A DNA stretch of 63,842 nucleotides, the filler included, from Octopus bimaculoides (taxonomy: Eukaryota): NCBI RefSeq assembly GCF_001194135.2. It is 5 parts of 5 records of this genome, joined end to end, with 100 filler letters (N's around TTAATTAATTAA, not from the genome) between each part and the next. Parts side by side here need not be neighbours in the genome. Positions count along the whole stretch, not along the records: positions 1 to 16,535 come from NW_026307055.1; 4 more parts are not named here. One strand, 5' to 3'. Shown piece after piece: positions 1-12,465 of the stretch. The translations under genes and the position numbers were made by a program. The notes under the pieces were generated by a model. It saw nothing but the letters and a program-made list of their open reading frames with translations, ran no database searches and was not told the DNA's origin. Position 1 is the first letter of the stretch; the number at the start of each line of letters is the position of its first letter.

Positions 1-167
1 CCGGCCAACAATCCAAAATTATCTCAGCTTCCCTTAATCCACTCACTTAATCGATCGTTTAGAGTTAATCCGTGGCTTCAACAAGAGTTCTGACCGTACA
101 AATATTCATTGCCTTCGTTAGTGCCGTTAATGTTGTTGTTGTTGTTGTTACTATTATTATCATTATT

Positions 168-382
168 AGGGCGGCGAGCTGGCAGAATCGTTGGCACGCC
201 GGGCGAAATGCTTAACGGTATTTCGTCTGCCGTTACGTTCTGAGTTCAAATTCCGCCGAGGTCGACTTTGCCTTTCATCCTTTCAGAGTCGATAAATTAA
301 GTACCGGTTGCGTACTGCGGTCTATCTAATCGACTGGCGCCCTCCCCAGGGATTTTGTGCCTTGTGCCTAGAGTAGGAAAGA

Positions 383-384
<2 letters not shown>
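168..384 (+). mobile_element. tRNA-headed SINE, family A, near full length
   Basis: Starts GGCGGCGAGCTGGCAGAATCGTTGGC (A-box-like), has GAGTTCAAATTCC (B-box-like) and ends in an (ATT)n tail. About 20 related copies occur in the window. Confidence 0.85.
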
Positions 385-417
<33 letters not shown>

Positions 418-483
418 GGAGTCGATTTATCTCCTCGCCCGAAATGCTAACCTTTTGCTAAAATTTCAAAGCATTATTATTCC

Positions 484-520
<37 letters not shown>

Positions 521-734
521 TACTCCTCTTTTCACCCTCTCTCTCTCCACACCAATCCATTCACTAATACTATAAAAAGAGACAAATCCCTTCACACAAT
601 TTAAATCTGAAGAATCTATTAGAGTAGATGAAAATATGCGATTTGTAAAAACATGACATGTTAATAAATATTTGTATATGTACAACCATCCAGACCTCTG
701 AATACCTTATTTTTCTCTAATATATCAAATCCAC

Positions 735-815
735 TCACGAGGTGTCACGCAGTGGGACTGAAACCAAAACCATGTGATTGGGAAGCAAGCTTCTTACCAC
801 ACAGCCACGCCTGCA
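735..815 (-). mobile_element. SINE family B head fragment
   Basis: Reverse complement matches the head of the copies at 7997 and 51172 (GGCTGTGTGGTAAGAAGCTTGCTTCCCAA...). Confidence 0.7.
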
Positions 816-1104
816 CCTAGATACATATCTAAAGCTTCTCATCCATTCGTATATATATTTATATATCATCTTAAATATACACACATATAGAAATACACTT
901 AAACAGTCAAAAACATGCACATGCGCAAAGACTAACAACCCATCCGACGACGGGCCCTTCCCCTATACCCACTAACGACTCTAAGAAGCGCGCCAAAAGT
1001 CTCGAAGTTTAATCGCCATATTAGTTACCATAGTGATGCAGAAGTGTTATCGATTATACGCTTTCCCTTCGTATACACTCACCTCATCCCATAACCCATA
1101 TATA

Positions 1105-1151
<47 letters not shown>

Positions 1152-1345
1152 NNNNNNNNNNNNNNNNNNNNNNNNNNNNNNNNNNNNNNNNNNNNNNNNN
1201 NNNNNNNNNNNNNNNNNNNNNNNNNNNNNNNNNNNNNNNNNNNNNNNNNNNNNNNNNNNNNNNNNNNNNNNNNNNNNNNNNNNNNNNNNNNNNNNNNNNN
1301 NNNNNNNNNNNNNNNNNNNNNNNNNNNNNNNNNNNNNNNNNNNNN

Positions 1346-1393
<48 letters not shown>

Positions 1394-1616
1394 GCATTTA
1401 TATATGTGCATGTATGCATATTTTTGTATACATATCTTCATACGTATGCATACATACACATATTTACATATACATATATTATTCATACATTTATATACAT
1501 AAACACACACACACACAAACACGAACTGCCCCACGACGTCGGTTTAGCTTTTCTTGCCAAGACCGAACTCACTTGGCAAGGGAAAGCATTCTTATGGGAT
1601 GTAATTATATCGACGT

Positions 1617-1644
1617 TAATAATAATAATAATAATAATAACAAC

Positions 1645-1684
<40 letters not shown>

Positions 1685-1817
1685 TTGCTGAGGATGGCCA
1701 TAGATTTATGTCGGTGGCCGTGGTGATGGCGATGATGTATTATGATGGTGGTGGTAGTGGTGGTTATCCTGATGATGACAGCTGTGGTGGCGGCGGCGAC
1801 GGTAGTAGTAATGATGG

Positions 1818-1848
<31 letters not shown>

Positions 1849-2232
1849 CAGGATAATGGTGGCGGTGGTTTTAGGTGTTGGATAAGGGCACCTGCTATGT
1901 TGATATTCATGGTGATGATGATGATGATGATGGTGATGTTGATGATGATGATGGTGATGTTGATGATGATGATGATGATAATGGTGGTGATGTTGATGAT
2001 GATGATGGTGATGATGATGATGATGGTGATGTTGATGATGATGGTGATGATAACGATGATGAGGACAATAATGATGATGATGATGATGACGACGTTGATG
2101 ACAAAGTGATGATTACGATGGTGATGTTGATGCTGATGATGCGGAAGACAAAGACGATAACGATGATGATGATGATGGCGATACTGATGACGACGACGAC
2201 AAGGATGATGATGATGATGATGATGATGATGT
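1617..2232. repeat. Compound (AAT)n/(GAT)n/(GGT)n low-complexity tract
   Basis: Directly visible; it generates the poly-D/poly-M ORFs in the track. Confidence 0.9.
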
Positions 2233-3240
2233 TGTCAGTGAAGGTATCAGCGATGGCGGTAAGCGGAGAGGGAGGTGGGAGTCTGGGTGAGATATTACTT
2301 TTAAGATTTAATAAATGTATTTAGAAACACGGATTTATATTTTGGCAACGGACGCCGTGTGTGTGTGTGTGTGTGTGCGTGTGCGTGTGTGTGTGTGTGT
2401 GCGTGTCCGACTAAGTGTGCGTAGGTGGATGTCCATGTGTATGTAGGTGGCTAGGTGTCTCTGAGTGTGTGTGTGTGTGTGCGGATTTATGTGTAGGTGT
2501 GTGTGTATNNNNNNNNNNNNNNNNNNNNNNNNNNNNNNNNNNNNNNNNNNNNNNNNNNNNNNNNNNNNNNNNNNNNNNNNNNNNNNNNNNNNNNNNNNNN
2601 NNNNNNNNNNNNNNNNNNNNNNNNNNNNNNNNNNNNNNNNNNNNNNNNNNNNNNNNNNNNNNNNNNNNNNNNNNNNNNNNNNNNNNNNNNNNNNNNNNNN
2701 NNNNNNNNNNNNNNNNNNNNNNNNNNNNNNNNNNNNNNNNNNNNNNNNNNNNNNNNNNNNNNNNNNNNNNNNNNNNNNNNNNNNNNNNNNNNNNNNNNNN
2801 NNNNNNNNNNNNNNNNNNNNNNNNNNNNNNNNNNNNNNNNNNNNNNNNNNNNNNNNNNNNNNNNNNNNNNNNNNNNNNNNNNNNNNNNNNNNNNNNNNNN
2901 NNNNNNNNNNNNNNNNNNNNNNNNNNNNNNNNNNNNNNNNNNNNNNNNNNNNNNNNNNNNNNNNNNNNNNNNNNNNNNNNNNNNNNNNNNNNNNNNNNNN
3001 NNNNNNNNNNNNNNNNNNNNNNNNNNNNNNNNNNNNNNNNNNNNNNNNNNNNNNNNNNNNNNNNNNNNNNNNNNNNNNNNNNNNNNNNNNNNNNNNNNNN
3101 NNNNNNNNNNNNNNNNNNNNNNNNNNNNNNNNNTATATATACAGGGTGAGGTGAACAAACTGTCGTCTAAATTATGCAAAAAGGAAAATAACACTGACGT
3201 CTCATTTTAACAGATATATTTACCAAAATTACATAAAAAC

Positions 3241-3490
3241 ATCTTGAAATACTAAAGAGTAAATTTATTCTATAAAATCGCCATTGGACGGCACTGCAGA
3301 GTACCAAAGGTCGCATCTTCTCCATCGAGGATACGAACCCAATATTGTAATATCTTGGGATTCAAGGAACCATAACTTTTTAATGCCCTACCACAAAATA
3401 TTAGGGACCTGAAAATTGTTGACATGGAAGTCTTCAAAAAGCGCTTAGACATCGTCTTATCTGCAATTCCAGATGAATTAAGAGATCAAT
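3241..3490 (+). mobile_element. CR1/L2-group LINE ORF2 C-terminal relic
   Basis: Translates GRHCRVPKV...GFKEP*LFNALPQNIRDLKIVDMEVFKKRLDIVLSAIPDE, matching the LFNxLP...FKxxLD...IPD pattern of CR1-group ORF2 ends; one in-frame stop. Confidence 0.75.
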
Positions 3491-4940
3491 GTAACTGGTA
3501 TCGATTTGGCACTTTAAAAATCATAAATTTGATATTATGAAACACCAAATCCAGTTGTGTTTCTATGTTCGAGATAGGAGGTTATTAGGAAATGCCGACA
3601 ATTCCAGAAGTAAATGTAAAGATTTTGAAATACTAACCAGTCGCCTATTAACCCATTAACTGCCAAATTGTTTTATTCATATTTTTTGGTTTTACGAGCT
3701 GTCTAAGGAGTTAAAATAACATATAGTATTTAAATTTTCTTCATATGTGAATTATTATGAAATTACGGTAAAGTTTTCGAAAAGTCTCAAATGGGGATTT
3801 CTGAAAAAAAAGCCTATTTATCCTTTTCTATTCTATTGCAATAATAAACATTTTAGTTTTTCTTTTTTTTAAACTATAGTATCAAATGCGAATCTGTATA
3901 AAATATTAATGAATGATATAGACGAGAAATGCAAAAAAAAAAAAAGGAAAATTGCGATTTATGACAAATAGTCCTCGAGAATTAGCCAGAGGATACACTG
4001 AATGTAATTTGTAGAACTCTACACGNNNNNNNNNNNNNNNNNNNNNNNNNNNNNNNNNNNNNNNNNNNNNNNNNNNNNNNNNNNNNNNNNNNNNNNNNNN
4101 NNNNNNNNNNNNNNNNNNNNNNNNNNNNNNNNNNNNNNNNNNNNNNNNNNNNNNNNNNNNNNNNNNNNNNNNNNNNNNNNNNNNNNNNNNNNNNNNNNNN
4201 NNNNNNNNNNNNNNNNNNNNNNNNNNNNNNNNNNNNNNNNNNNNNNNNNNNNNNNNNNNNNNNNNNNNNNNNNNNNNNNNNNNNNNNNNNNNNNNNNNNN
4301 NNNNNNNNNNNNNNNNNNNNNNNNNNNNNNNNNNNNNNNNNNNNNNNNNNNNNNNNNNNNNNNNNNNNNNNNNNNNNNNNNNNNNNNNNNNNNNNNNNNN
4401 NNNNNNNNNNNNNNNNNNNNNNNNNNNNNNNNNNNNNNNNNNNNNNNNNNNNNNNNNNNNNNNNNNNNNNNNNNNNNNNNNNNNNNNNNNNNNNNNNNNN
4501 NNNNNNNNNNNNNNNNNNNNNNNNNNNNNNNNNNNNNNNNNNNNNNNNNNNNNNNNNNNNNNNNNNNNNNNNNNNNNNNNNNNNNNNNNNNNNNNNNNNN
4601 NNNNNNNNNNNNNNNNNNNNNNNNNNNNNNNNNNNNNNNNNNNNNNNNNNNNNNNNNNNNNNNNNNNNNNNNNNNNNNNNNNNNNNNNNNNNNNNNNNNN
4701 NNNNNNNNNNNNNNNNNNNNNNNNNNNNNNNNNNNNNNNNNNNNNNNNNNNNNNNNNNNNNNNNNNNNNNNNNNNNNNNNNNNNNNNNNNNNNNNNNNNN
4801 NNNNNNNNNNNNNNNNNNNNNNNNNNNNNNNNNNNNNNNNNNNNNNNNNNNNNNNNNNNNNNNNNNNNNNNNNNNNNNNNNNNNNNNNNNNNNNNNNNNN
4901 NNNNNNNNNNNNNNNNNNNNNNNNNNNNNNNNNNNNNNNN

Positions 4941-4994
<54 letters not shown>

Positions 4995-5292
4995 GTAATT
5001 ATGTATATATGCATTTATGTAATTATATATATATAAATATGTGTAAATATATGTCTGTATATATATATGTGTGTGTATATATATACTGATATATAGATCT
5101 ATGTATATATACACATACATATATATATATATATAACTACACAGGTGTGTGTGTGTGTGTGTGACGTAGAGAGAGAGAGAGAGAGAGATCGGTAGTCACA
5201 TTGTTTTCTATGAAATATACCGAAAAGCGAAAAAAACAGAGAGAGAGAGAAAGAGAAACAAATGGAGAGATAGAGACAGAGTAAGAGAGAAA

Positions 5293-5329
<37 letters not shown>

Positions 5330-6163
5330 TGAGTGTGTGTGTGAGAGAGAGAGAGAGGAGGAGAGAATAAAACGGGGGGGTTGAGGGTGGGTTGTTGTAC
5401 ACCATCTTTCGGTGTTGTGTATGAAATCATATGTCGTATAAAGCGGTTCCCTTCGGTTGAACATAGAAAATATGCAAATGTGCTTAACCAGACGTGACTA
5501 ATCCTCAGAAATGTAATGTACCTTTGATCAGATGGCATNNNNNNNNNNNNNNNNNNNNNNNNNNNNNNNNNNNNNNNNNNNNNNNNNNNNNNNNNNNNNN
5601 NNNNNNNNNNNNNNNNNNNNNNNNNNNNNNNNNNNNNNNNNNNNNNNNNNNNNNNNNNNNNNNNNNNNNNNNNNNNNNNNNNNNNNNNNNNNNNNNNNNN
5701 NNNNNNNNNNNNNNNNNNNNNNNNNNNNNNNNNNNNNNNNNNNNNNNNNNNNNNNNNNNNNNNNNNNNNNNNNNNNNNNNNNNNNNNNNNNNNNNNNNNN
5801 NNNNNNNNNNNNNNNNNNNNNNNNNNNNNNNNNNNNNNNNNNNNNNNNNNNNNNNNNNNNNNNNNNNNNNNNNNNNNNNNNNNNNNNNNNNNNNNNNNNN
5901 NNNNNNNNNNNNNNNNNNNNNNNNNNNNNNNNNNNNNNNNNNNNNNNNNNNNNNNNNNNNNNNNNNNNNNNNNNNNNNNNNNNNNNNNNNNNNNNNNNNN
6001 NNNNNNNNNNNNNNNNNNNNNNNNNNNNNNNNNNNNNNNNNNNNNNNNNNNNNNNNNNNNNNNNNNNNNNNNNNNNNNNNNNNNNNNNNNNNNNNNNNNN
6101 NNNNNNNNNNNNNNNNNNNNNNNNNNNNNNNNNNNNNNNNNNNNNNNNNNNNNNNNNNNNNNN

Positions 6164-6222
<59 letters not shown>

Positions 6223-6590
6223 TACGTATTGCTGTTATGCCTGTGTATGTGTGTAGAAATATATATACACATGTATGCATATATACACACATAGCTACAT
6301 ACATACATACATACATACAGGACATACATACAGACGTATATAACACAGAAAGGCGGTGCTCCAGCATGGCAGCAGTCAAATGACTGAAGCTAGCAAAAGA
6401 ACAAAAGAATATAAAACACAAACACACACACATACAAACACACAGCACATACACAGAGCACATACACACACAATCCCTGTTTATGTAAAAATAAAAGAGC
6501 GCAATATTCATTGTGTTGAAAACAGATTTGTAGTTGAACAGTTGGTAGTTAAAAGCTGTTGCAACTCGGAGTTGTATTTGTGGCGATGAA

Positions 6591-6720
6591 GTCACGTGAT
6601 TCTCAAATCACATGGTCTGCTACATGTGCCAACATCTGTTTCCTGACACGCGTGATGCCATGTGCACTTTAAAACTCCGAGTTCACGCGGCTTCAATTGC
6701 CAGCTGTCGAAATCCATCTG
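6591..6720. promoter_or_regulatory. E-box cluster, candidate bHLH-bound enhancer
   Basis: Eight CANNTG sites in 130 bp of non-repetitive sequence, including GTCACGTGAT. Confidence 0.4.
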
Positions 6721-6737
6721 AATACCTTTTGATTTAC

Positions 6738-6786
<49 letters not shown>

Positions 6787-7535
6787 ACACACACACACAC
6801 ACACANNNNNNNNNNNNNNNNNNNNNNNNNNNNNNNNNNNNNNNNNNNNNNNNNNNNNNNNNNNNNNNNNNNNNNNNNNNNNNNNNNNNNNNNNNNNNNN
6901 NNNNNNNNNNNNNNNNNNNNNNNNNNNNNNNNNNNNNNNNNNNNNNNNNNNNNNNNNNNNNNNNNNNNNNNNNNNNNNNNNNNNNNNNNNNNNNNNNNNN
7001 NNNNNNNNNNNNNNNNNNNNNNNNNNNNNNNNNNNNNNNNNNNNNNNNNNNNNNNNNNNNNNNNNNNNNNNNNNNNNNNNNNNNNNNNNNNNNNNNNNNN
7101 NNNNNNNNNNNNNNNNNNNNNNNNNNNNNNNNNNNNNNNNNNNNNNNNNNNNNNNNNNNNNNNNNNNNNNNNNNNNNNNNNNNNNNNNNNNNNNNNNNNN
7201 NNNNNNNNNNNNNNNNNNNNNNNNNNNNNNNNNNNNNNNNNNNNNNNNNNNNNNNNNNNNNNNNNNNNNNNNNNNNNNNNNNNNNNNNNNNNATATATAT
7301 ATATATATATATACGTATTTAAACACACACAGAAATGAATGTATATACGTATATACGAACACATATTTATACACACACCTCACTACACACATACCAACAC
7401 GCATTCCAACGTATCTTCGAAGGGTGAACTTACGCAAGATTGCCTTGCAAACATGGCATCTATCGTTAACAAGATCCTGTCCCAGTTTTAGATGAAAAAT
7501 CTCAACGAAATCTCCCGACGTCTTACTTCTTGCAG

Positions 7536-7572
7536 AACCAACATTCATGGCATCTCAGTTTGCGCACCAAAG
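7536..7572 (+). other. Candidate small exon
   Basis: Acceptor TCTTACTTCTTGCAG| and donor AAG|GTACGT; alternative acceptor at 7491/7492. No homology recognised. Confidence 0.25.
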
Positions 7573-7956
7573 GTACGTAATTTGAATAAGATATTTGAAT
7601 ATAAACTTGCGGGTGAGAATAGGCAGACAGAGGGAGACAGGGAGAGAGGGCAAGGATGGTAGGTATTAACCCAATAAAGGATGCACTCCAAACAAACTTA
7701 GATACTATAATACGTAACAGGCTCTTCAATAGAACCGTCCTTCCTACGATCTTATGAACGAGAAATGGACTAATTTGAAGAGGATACACAAATACCGTGA
7801 AAAAAAGACTGTTTTGGGGCTTTGTTTATATTCCCGTTCCTTTTTTGTCCACGTTTTTTTGACGTCCTGTACCCGGATATGCATCTATATACACATGTAG
7901 ATGTAGGTATGTACGTATATGTACGTATATATGCATATGCTAACATATCATTTGTA

Positions 7957-7996
<40 letters not shown>

Positions 7997-7998
<2 letters not shown>

Positions 7999-8142
7999 CG
8001 CAGGCGTGGCACTGTGGTAAGAAGCTTGTTTCCCAACCACATGGTTCTGGATGCTGTCCCACTGTGTGGCACCCCGGGCCAGTGTCTCGGACTGCCCAGA
8101 GCTTTGTGAGCGGATTTAGAAACTGAAAGAATCCCGTCGTAT
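7997..8142 (+). mobile_element. SINE family B
   Basis: GGCGCAGGCGTGGCACTGTGGTAAGAAGCTTG head to GAAACTGAAAGAATCCCGTCG tail; related copies near 44830, 49765, 51172, 51770, 53330, 56240 and 56480. Confidence 0.8.
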
Positions 8143-8408
8143 ATATGTATGTGTGTATGTAAGTATATATGTATGCATATGTGTGTGTGTAGAAGTGTGT
8201 ATGTATGTATATGTATCTACGTGTGTGTCTTTTTATCTATGTCTGTCCCCACAGACCGGTGTTGGTCTGTTTGCATCCTCAGAAATTGGCGGCTTGGCAA
8301 AAGAATTCGATAAAATAAATGCCAGTCTTAAACAATAAATAAATAAAAGCTGGAGTCGATTCATTCAGACAGACAGATATATATAGAGAGATAAATAGAT
8401 AGATACAC

Positions 8409-8485
<77 letters not shown>

Positions 8486-8556
8486 GATATGTAGACGCAG
8501 AAGCAATCTGGTTAAATCTACGCGTGAAATAATATTGAACTGTCCAGCTATTTAAT

Positions 8557-8584
8557 AGGTCAACATGTCACAGGTCAAAGGTCA
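8557..8584 (+). promoter_or_regulatory. Perfect DR1 nuclear-receptor element plus a third half-site
   Basis: AGGTCA-A-AGGTCA at 8572-8584 and AGGTCA at 8557-8562. Confidence 0.4.
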
Positions 8585-8819
8585 AACAGTGTCCAAAAAC
8601 CTGTTAACTGTGTGAAATCGTCAGTATATTGATTAGGCCAGATCGAAGAGTCTTATCGATTAACTGGTTATTTCCGTGACCTTCTGTTCTATGTTTTTTT
8701 TGTGTGTGTGTAAGTGGGTATGTATATGGCTTGGTGGTCAGAGAGTTCGCGTGTGTGTGTGTGTGTGTGTGTGTACGTGTGTATATGCCTATGTGTGTGA
8801 TTTGATGGCCAGAGATTTC

Positions 8820-8851
<32 letters not shown>

Positions 8852-8931
8852 ATAAGGAGCGCGCTTGTTATTATGCATCAACGTTCAAGTGTCTCGGTTT
8901 CGATTCCTGTCCGGACGCTTTCCTTTCGGGT

Positions 8932-9226
8932 GACGACGATGATGATGATGATGATGATGATGGCGGTGTTGGTGTAGGTGATGCAAATATAGTTGATGAT
9001 GATGATGTGGATGGTGGTGATGAAGACAATGATGATGATCATAGTGTTGATGATGATGATGAATACGATGATGATGACGATGATAATGGTTCTCGTGATG
9101 CTGCTGCTGCTGATGATGATGATGACGACCATTGTGATGATGGGGAGGGGAAGGAGGAGGAGGAGAAGGAGGATTACCATGATGACAACGACAGCAGCGA
9201 CGACGGTGACGCCGACGACGTTGATG
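8932..9226. repeat. (GAT)n-rich compound low-complexity tract
   Basis: Directly visible. Confidence 0.85.
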
Positions 9227-9445
9227 CTCAAGTCGCTAATCCGATAATCCCTCCTCTCGGACCATTTAATCTCTCACTTGGCTGAAAGCGGGTGTATGGT
9301 CACCCTTCCTACATACGCACGCGCGCGGAGCCTCATACACACCTCCTAAGTCACGTGCGCCACTGCATCCACCCTGCCCTCCACCACCACTCCTGCCCTC
9401 CATTCACAGTCCCACATTCGTTTGTGTACATCCTTCTCTCTTTCA

Positions 9446-9478
<33 letters not shown>

Positions 9479-9838
9479 NNNNNNNNNNNNNNNNNNNNNN
9501 NNNNNNNNNNNNNNNNNNNNNNNNNNNNNNNNNNNNNNNNNNNNNNNNNNNNNNNNNNNNNNNNNNNNNNNNNNNNNNNNNNNNNNNNNNNNNNNNNNNN
9601 NNNNNNNNNNNNNNNNNNNNNNNNNNNNNNNNNNNNNNNNNNNNNNNNNNNNNNNNNNNNNNNNNNNNNNNNNNNNNNNNNNNNNNNNNNNNNNNNNNNN
9701 NNNNNNNNNNNNNNNNNNNNNNNNNNNNNNNNNNNNNNNNNNNNNNNNNNNNNNNNNNNNNNNNNNNNNNNNNNNNNNNNNNNNNNNNNNNNNNNNNNNN
9801 NNNNNNNNNNNNNNNNNNNNNTATATATATATATATAT

Positions 9839-9877
<39 letters not shown>

Positions 9878-9963
9878 TATATATATATTATAAGGTTTTT
9901 AACTTTTAAATTTTCATATTCAAAAGAGACAGAGACTTCAAATTCGATATATCGATTTATTCA

Positions 9964-10047
9964 CCACTCTAGGTTAACATTTCTGTGCCAAACTTATCCA
10001 GTGACTGGTCCATTGGATTTAGACATTTGGCACTTCTTCAGGAGTGG
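9964..10047 (-). ncRNA. Degenerate type-I hammerhead-like motif in a probable Penelope-like remnant
   Basis: Minus strand reads CCACUC-CUGAAGA-A-GUGCCAAA...UUUGGCAC-A-GAAA-UGUU-AACCUA-GAGUGG. Confidence 0.45.
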
Positions 10048-10252
10048 TTACCATTCGAACAAAACACGAAAAAACACATACATAACTATCATTAGATCCT
10101 TAGAATCTCGTTAGATTTCGTCTTTGTTATTATTAAAGTTAAAAACCTTATAATATAAATATAAACTGTGAGGACGACCCTTAAGGAATCTAGTTAATGA
10201 TCCCCTAAGGTAAGTTCTTATGCTATATTGGTAACGGTTGCTACATCCTCTG

Positions 10253-10301
<49 letters not shown>

Positions 10302-10991
10302 TTGTAAATCGGTCATATAATGTTTATATTTAACAATCACACAGAAAGACAGCAGAAGTGTTGCGCAACTAAAACTGTTGTTGTTATTATTATTACCATT
10401 ATTATTATTATTGTTATTAATATTATTATTGTCATAAATCTATTGTAAGACTATAAAAATATCTCGTAAAGAACAATAGAAAAATTAATACAAATCTCAA
10501 CAAAACACGAACGAAATATAAATAACGTGTTTTTATTTGTTTTTGATTTGTTTTGCTTTTTTGATATGTACTGTTTTTGTTTTGTTTATTTTTTGTTTGT
10601 TTTTAACGAAGCCAAACAAATAATGGAAGACCGAAGATGAAATGACAGCAAAAAACAAAACGAAATAATAATAAAAAAAAACTGTAGTTATTAAATACAT
10701 AGAAATTAATACCGGGGTGGGGGTTAGACACGGATGTGTGGTTCAGAAGTTTCATTTGTAACCACCGGGGAGGGGATGGGCTGGAATCAGCCTTACTGCA
10801 CAGTACCTTCGGCAAGTTTCTTCCTCTAGAGTCCTGGGTTGCTTAATGCTTTGAGAGTGATTTTGGATATACAAATGGCTAAGTATAATTCGAAAGCTAT
10901 CCGTCACAGATAACACGCTTTTCTTGATGGTGTCTGATCTCCTTCATCGTGTGAGTTGCACCATGGTGGTTCTTCCCTAAATTATTAATAT

Positions 10992-11280
10992 TAATAATTT
11001 CTTTTCCTCAACAGGCCCTGCCATGTTTAACATTGTCCCGAAACAGATAAAAGAGGAAAAGGATCCCATCAGCTTTAAACGGAGTCTGGACAGATTTCTT
11101 CAAGGAATGCCAGACAAGCCACCCATACCTGGATACAACTCGCTCAACAAGGACTCACTACTTGAATGGACCATAGACAAAACTTGACTGTAAAAAGGAT
11201 TTAGATAATCCTATCAGGTGGTGCTATTAAGTTAGACATGGCCTGGATCAATCTTTGGTCGAAACAAATCTAAGTTTATA
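10992..11280 (+). mobile_element. CR1/L2-group LINE 3' end (ORF2 C-terminus plus 3' UTR)
   Basis: Translates GPAMFNIVPKQIKEEKDPISFKRSLDRFLQGMPDKPPIPGYNSLNKDSLLEWTIDKT*, the same pattern as the 3241 relic. Confidence 0.8.
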
Positions 11281-11504
11281 TAAGGAGAATTAAGTTTTTG
11301 AACATTCAAATTTCATGTCTATTTCCATTTAGTTTCCTCGTAATTGTACGACAGGTGTTTCGATCCCACTGACTGCATGTTGTTGCATATTTATATGCAC
11401 CGATTTATGCATTATTAGTACGATCTCTTCAGGGCATGTGACATTGTTCGAAGAGACATTCAGTATCTGTCTGGATGTTAAATCCCTCCTCTTACTATAT
11501 ATAG

Positions 11505-11571
11505 AATCAGGTACTCGAATTGATATGCACCAGATAGGGTTAGATATACCTGTGGTTCCGGCCTATGATTG
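11505..11571 (+). other. Candidate internal exon
   Basis: CCTCCTCTTACTATATATAG| acceptor and TTG|GTAAGT donor; open frame SGTRIDMHQIGLDIPVVPAYD. No homology recognised. Confidence 0.25.
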
Positions 11572-12465
11572 GTAAGTATCAAATAAGATATTCCGGTTGT
11601 GTACTCAGAGAAAACCAACCCTATAAGTATTTAGCGCCTAGCGGCTGGTCCAACGGATGCGCTACGTTGAATGGTATACTCTAGGGTGTCCGACAAATCG
11701 TTAATTCCCCCTGGTGTATTATAATCAAATGAATAATAACAGACGATGGATAACTGTCCACTCATATTCTTTTTTGTGGAGGGGAAAGAAACAAAATATC
11801 GCTACTGTTTGAAATAATAAAGGTAAACCACTATTTTCTTGGCATCGTCATCCGCAATTGTTTCGAGCAATGAAGAACTGGTATTCGCGACGCTTGTTTG
11901 GCTTAAGCCGTTTAAGCTGACAAGTCTTTTAATCTTACAACGCTTGTATCAAAACGCATTTGGCAACAGCTTCAATAACGTTAACACGACGGCGCTCAAT
12001 CGTTCTTGAGCCTGAATACAGATAAAAGTATTTTTATTATGGTAATCTTCATATTGTTTATGTATTTGTGTTGTAAGATTCCTCGTGTGAAATTGTTTAT
12101 AAAACTGATATTGTTATATTTAGGGATGGCCGTTTTTCGTTTCTTTTTATTTTTCGCCCAATAAACACTCGCATTATGTATTCGTTCATCACTACAGATT
12201 TATCTTTCTTCTTATTTTATGCCGTTGGTCTGGAAATCTTTCGTCACATATCTTCTGACCTCTTCAGTGCGTGCAGAACGAGTGCGTGCACATCTGCGCC
12301 TGTAGAGTTTGTCTCGAAAAGGATTTTGAGACTGGTACTTGAGTATTAAGTGTCGTGGAAAGAGGCCCTGTGAGATCTTTGACAACAGGTTGCTGTCCGC
12401 TCTTAATTAGGCGGAGCCAGTGAAATCGAAAGCTCTGATAAGTGAAATGAAAATAATACTAGTCA

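Noticed and set aside
1033-2324. Long poly-D/poly-M/IYIY ORFs
   Set aside because: Products of (AT)n, (GAT)n and N runs; no unique coding content or splice context.
8824-9285. Asp-rich ORF resembling an acidic biomineralisation protein
   Set aside because: Begins in a (GT)n repeat, has no signal peptide, and has the same compound (GAT)n composition as the non-coding tract at 1.6-2.2 kb.
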